From assembly GCF_009914755.1 (NCBI RefSeq), contig NC_060938.1: a stretch of 64,000 nt of DNA; one strand, given 5' to 3'. This document shows positions 62,912 through 64,000 of the stretch, piece after piece (the first letter of the stretch is position 1; each line of letters starts with the position of its first letter). The DNA comes from the human T2T-CHM13v2.0 reference genome, Homo sapiens. The position numbers and the translations under genes are program-made. The notes under the pieces are model-generated. The model was not told where the DNA came from and searched no databases. It saw only the letters and a program-made list of their open reading frames with translations.

Positions 62912-64000
62912 GGCTCTTTTTGTGGCTTTTTGTCCCCGCCATGGCTTTTTACCGCCGCAGTATTTTGCCCCCGCCGCCATGGGTTTCAGTCCCCGCCGCC
63001 GCGGCTTTTGGCCCCCGCCGCCACTCTTTTGACAACGCGGCTTTTTGCCCCCGCCGCCGAGGCTTTTTGCCGCCGTGGCTTTTTACCCCAGCCGCCGGTG
63101 TTTTTTGCGACTTTTTCCCCCCGCCGCCGCCCTCGCGGCTTTTTTTGCCCCCGCTCCAGATGGTTTTTGCCCCCACCACCGCGGCTTTTTGCCCGCGCCG
63201 CCGGGGCTTTTTGCCGCCCCGGTATTTTGCCCCCGCCGCCGCGGCTTTTGCGGCTTTTTGACCCCGCCGCCGCGGCTTTTGGTCCCCGCCGCCACGGCTT
63301 TTGCCGACACGGCTTTTTACCCCCCGCTGCCGCGGATTTTTGCGCCCCGCCGCGGCGACTTTTTGCGCCCCGCCGCCGCGGTTTTTGCCAACGCGGCTTT
63401 TTACCCCCATCACCGCGGCTTTTTACTCCCCGCCGCCGCGGCTTTTTGCCCCCGCCGCCACGGCTTTTGCCGACGTGGCTTTTTGCGCCCCGCCGCTGCG
63501 GCTTTTTGCTGCTGTGGCTTTTTGCTCCCGCCGCCGCCGGTTTTTGCCGCCGGGGCTGTTTGCCCCCGCCATCGCGGCTTTTTGCCCCCATCGCCGCGGC
63601 TTCTTGCAGCTTTTTCCCCCGCCGCCGCGGGTTTTGCCGACGCGGCTTTTTAACCCCACTGCCACGACTTTTTGCGCCCACCGCCACGCCTTTTTGCCCC
63701 GGCCGCCAAGGCTTTTGCCGACGTGATTTTTTACCCCCACCGCCGCGGCTTTTTGCTCCCGCCGCCGCGGCTTTTTGCCACCGCGGCTTTTTGCCCCCGC
63801 CGCCGCGGGTTTTTTCCCTCGCCGCCGCGGCTTTTTGTGTTTTTTTGCCCCCGATGCTTTCGGCCCGCGCCGCCGCGGCTTTTTGCCCCCGCCCCCAACG
63901 CCGCGGCTTTTTGTCCCCGACGCCGCGGCTTTTTGCCGCCGCCGACACCGGCACGGCTTTTTGGCCGCGGCGACTTTTTGCGCCCACCGCGGCGGCTTTT
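62912..64000. repeat. GC/CpG-rich ~21-bp tandem repeat (CCCCGCCGCCGCGGCTTTTTG)n, the pericentromeric GCTTTTTGC/CAAAAAG-type repeat; continues past the window end
   Basis: Unit read directly over 1.09 kb, with shorter 10-16-bp variants and many SacII (CCGCGG) sites. Confidence 0.95.

Noticed and set aside
62893-63987. 333-aa Lys/Arg/Ala/Gly-rich histone H1- or protamine-like ORF and overlapping ORFs
   Set aside because: The tandem repeat unit lacks stop codons, and there is no globular domain or gene context.

Overview
This is human or great-ape type eukaryotic genomic DNA (Alu, L1, L2, MIR, MaLR and ERV LTRs, Tigger and MER DNA transposons). I see no intact protein-coding gene, RNA gene or CRISPR array. 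It looks like a pericentromeric or acrocentric-short-arm segmental-duplication mosaic in three parts. (1) About 1-26.8 kb is a moderately GC-rich, MIR/L2-rich block containing two related (GAT/GGT)n tracts, a 3.1-kb degenerate ~18-20-bp minisatellite with an internal inversion, an orphan CpG island and a fossil ERVL integrase. (2) About 26.8-62.9 kb is an AT-rich, L1/LTR-rich block. (3) An abrupt junction leads into a CpG-rich (CCCCGCCGCCGCGGCTTTTTG)n array that runs off the window end. The main non-obvious signal is two chains of + strand exon remnants with GT-AG boundaries, mostly compatible phases and a few in-frame stops, at about 5.4-25.4 kb and 33.7-59.5 kb. They look like two decayed multi-exon genes whose parent proteins I cannot name. 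There are also several fold-back or templated-insertion scars. Almost all ORFs in the supplied track are artefacts of repeats. Repeat family names come from recognising consensus sequences by eye and need RepeatMasker/Dfam confirmation.
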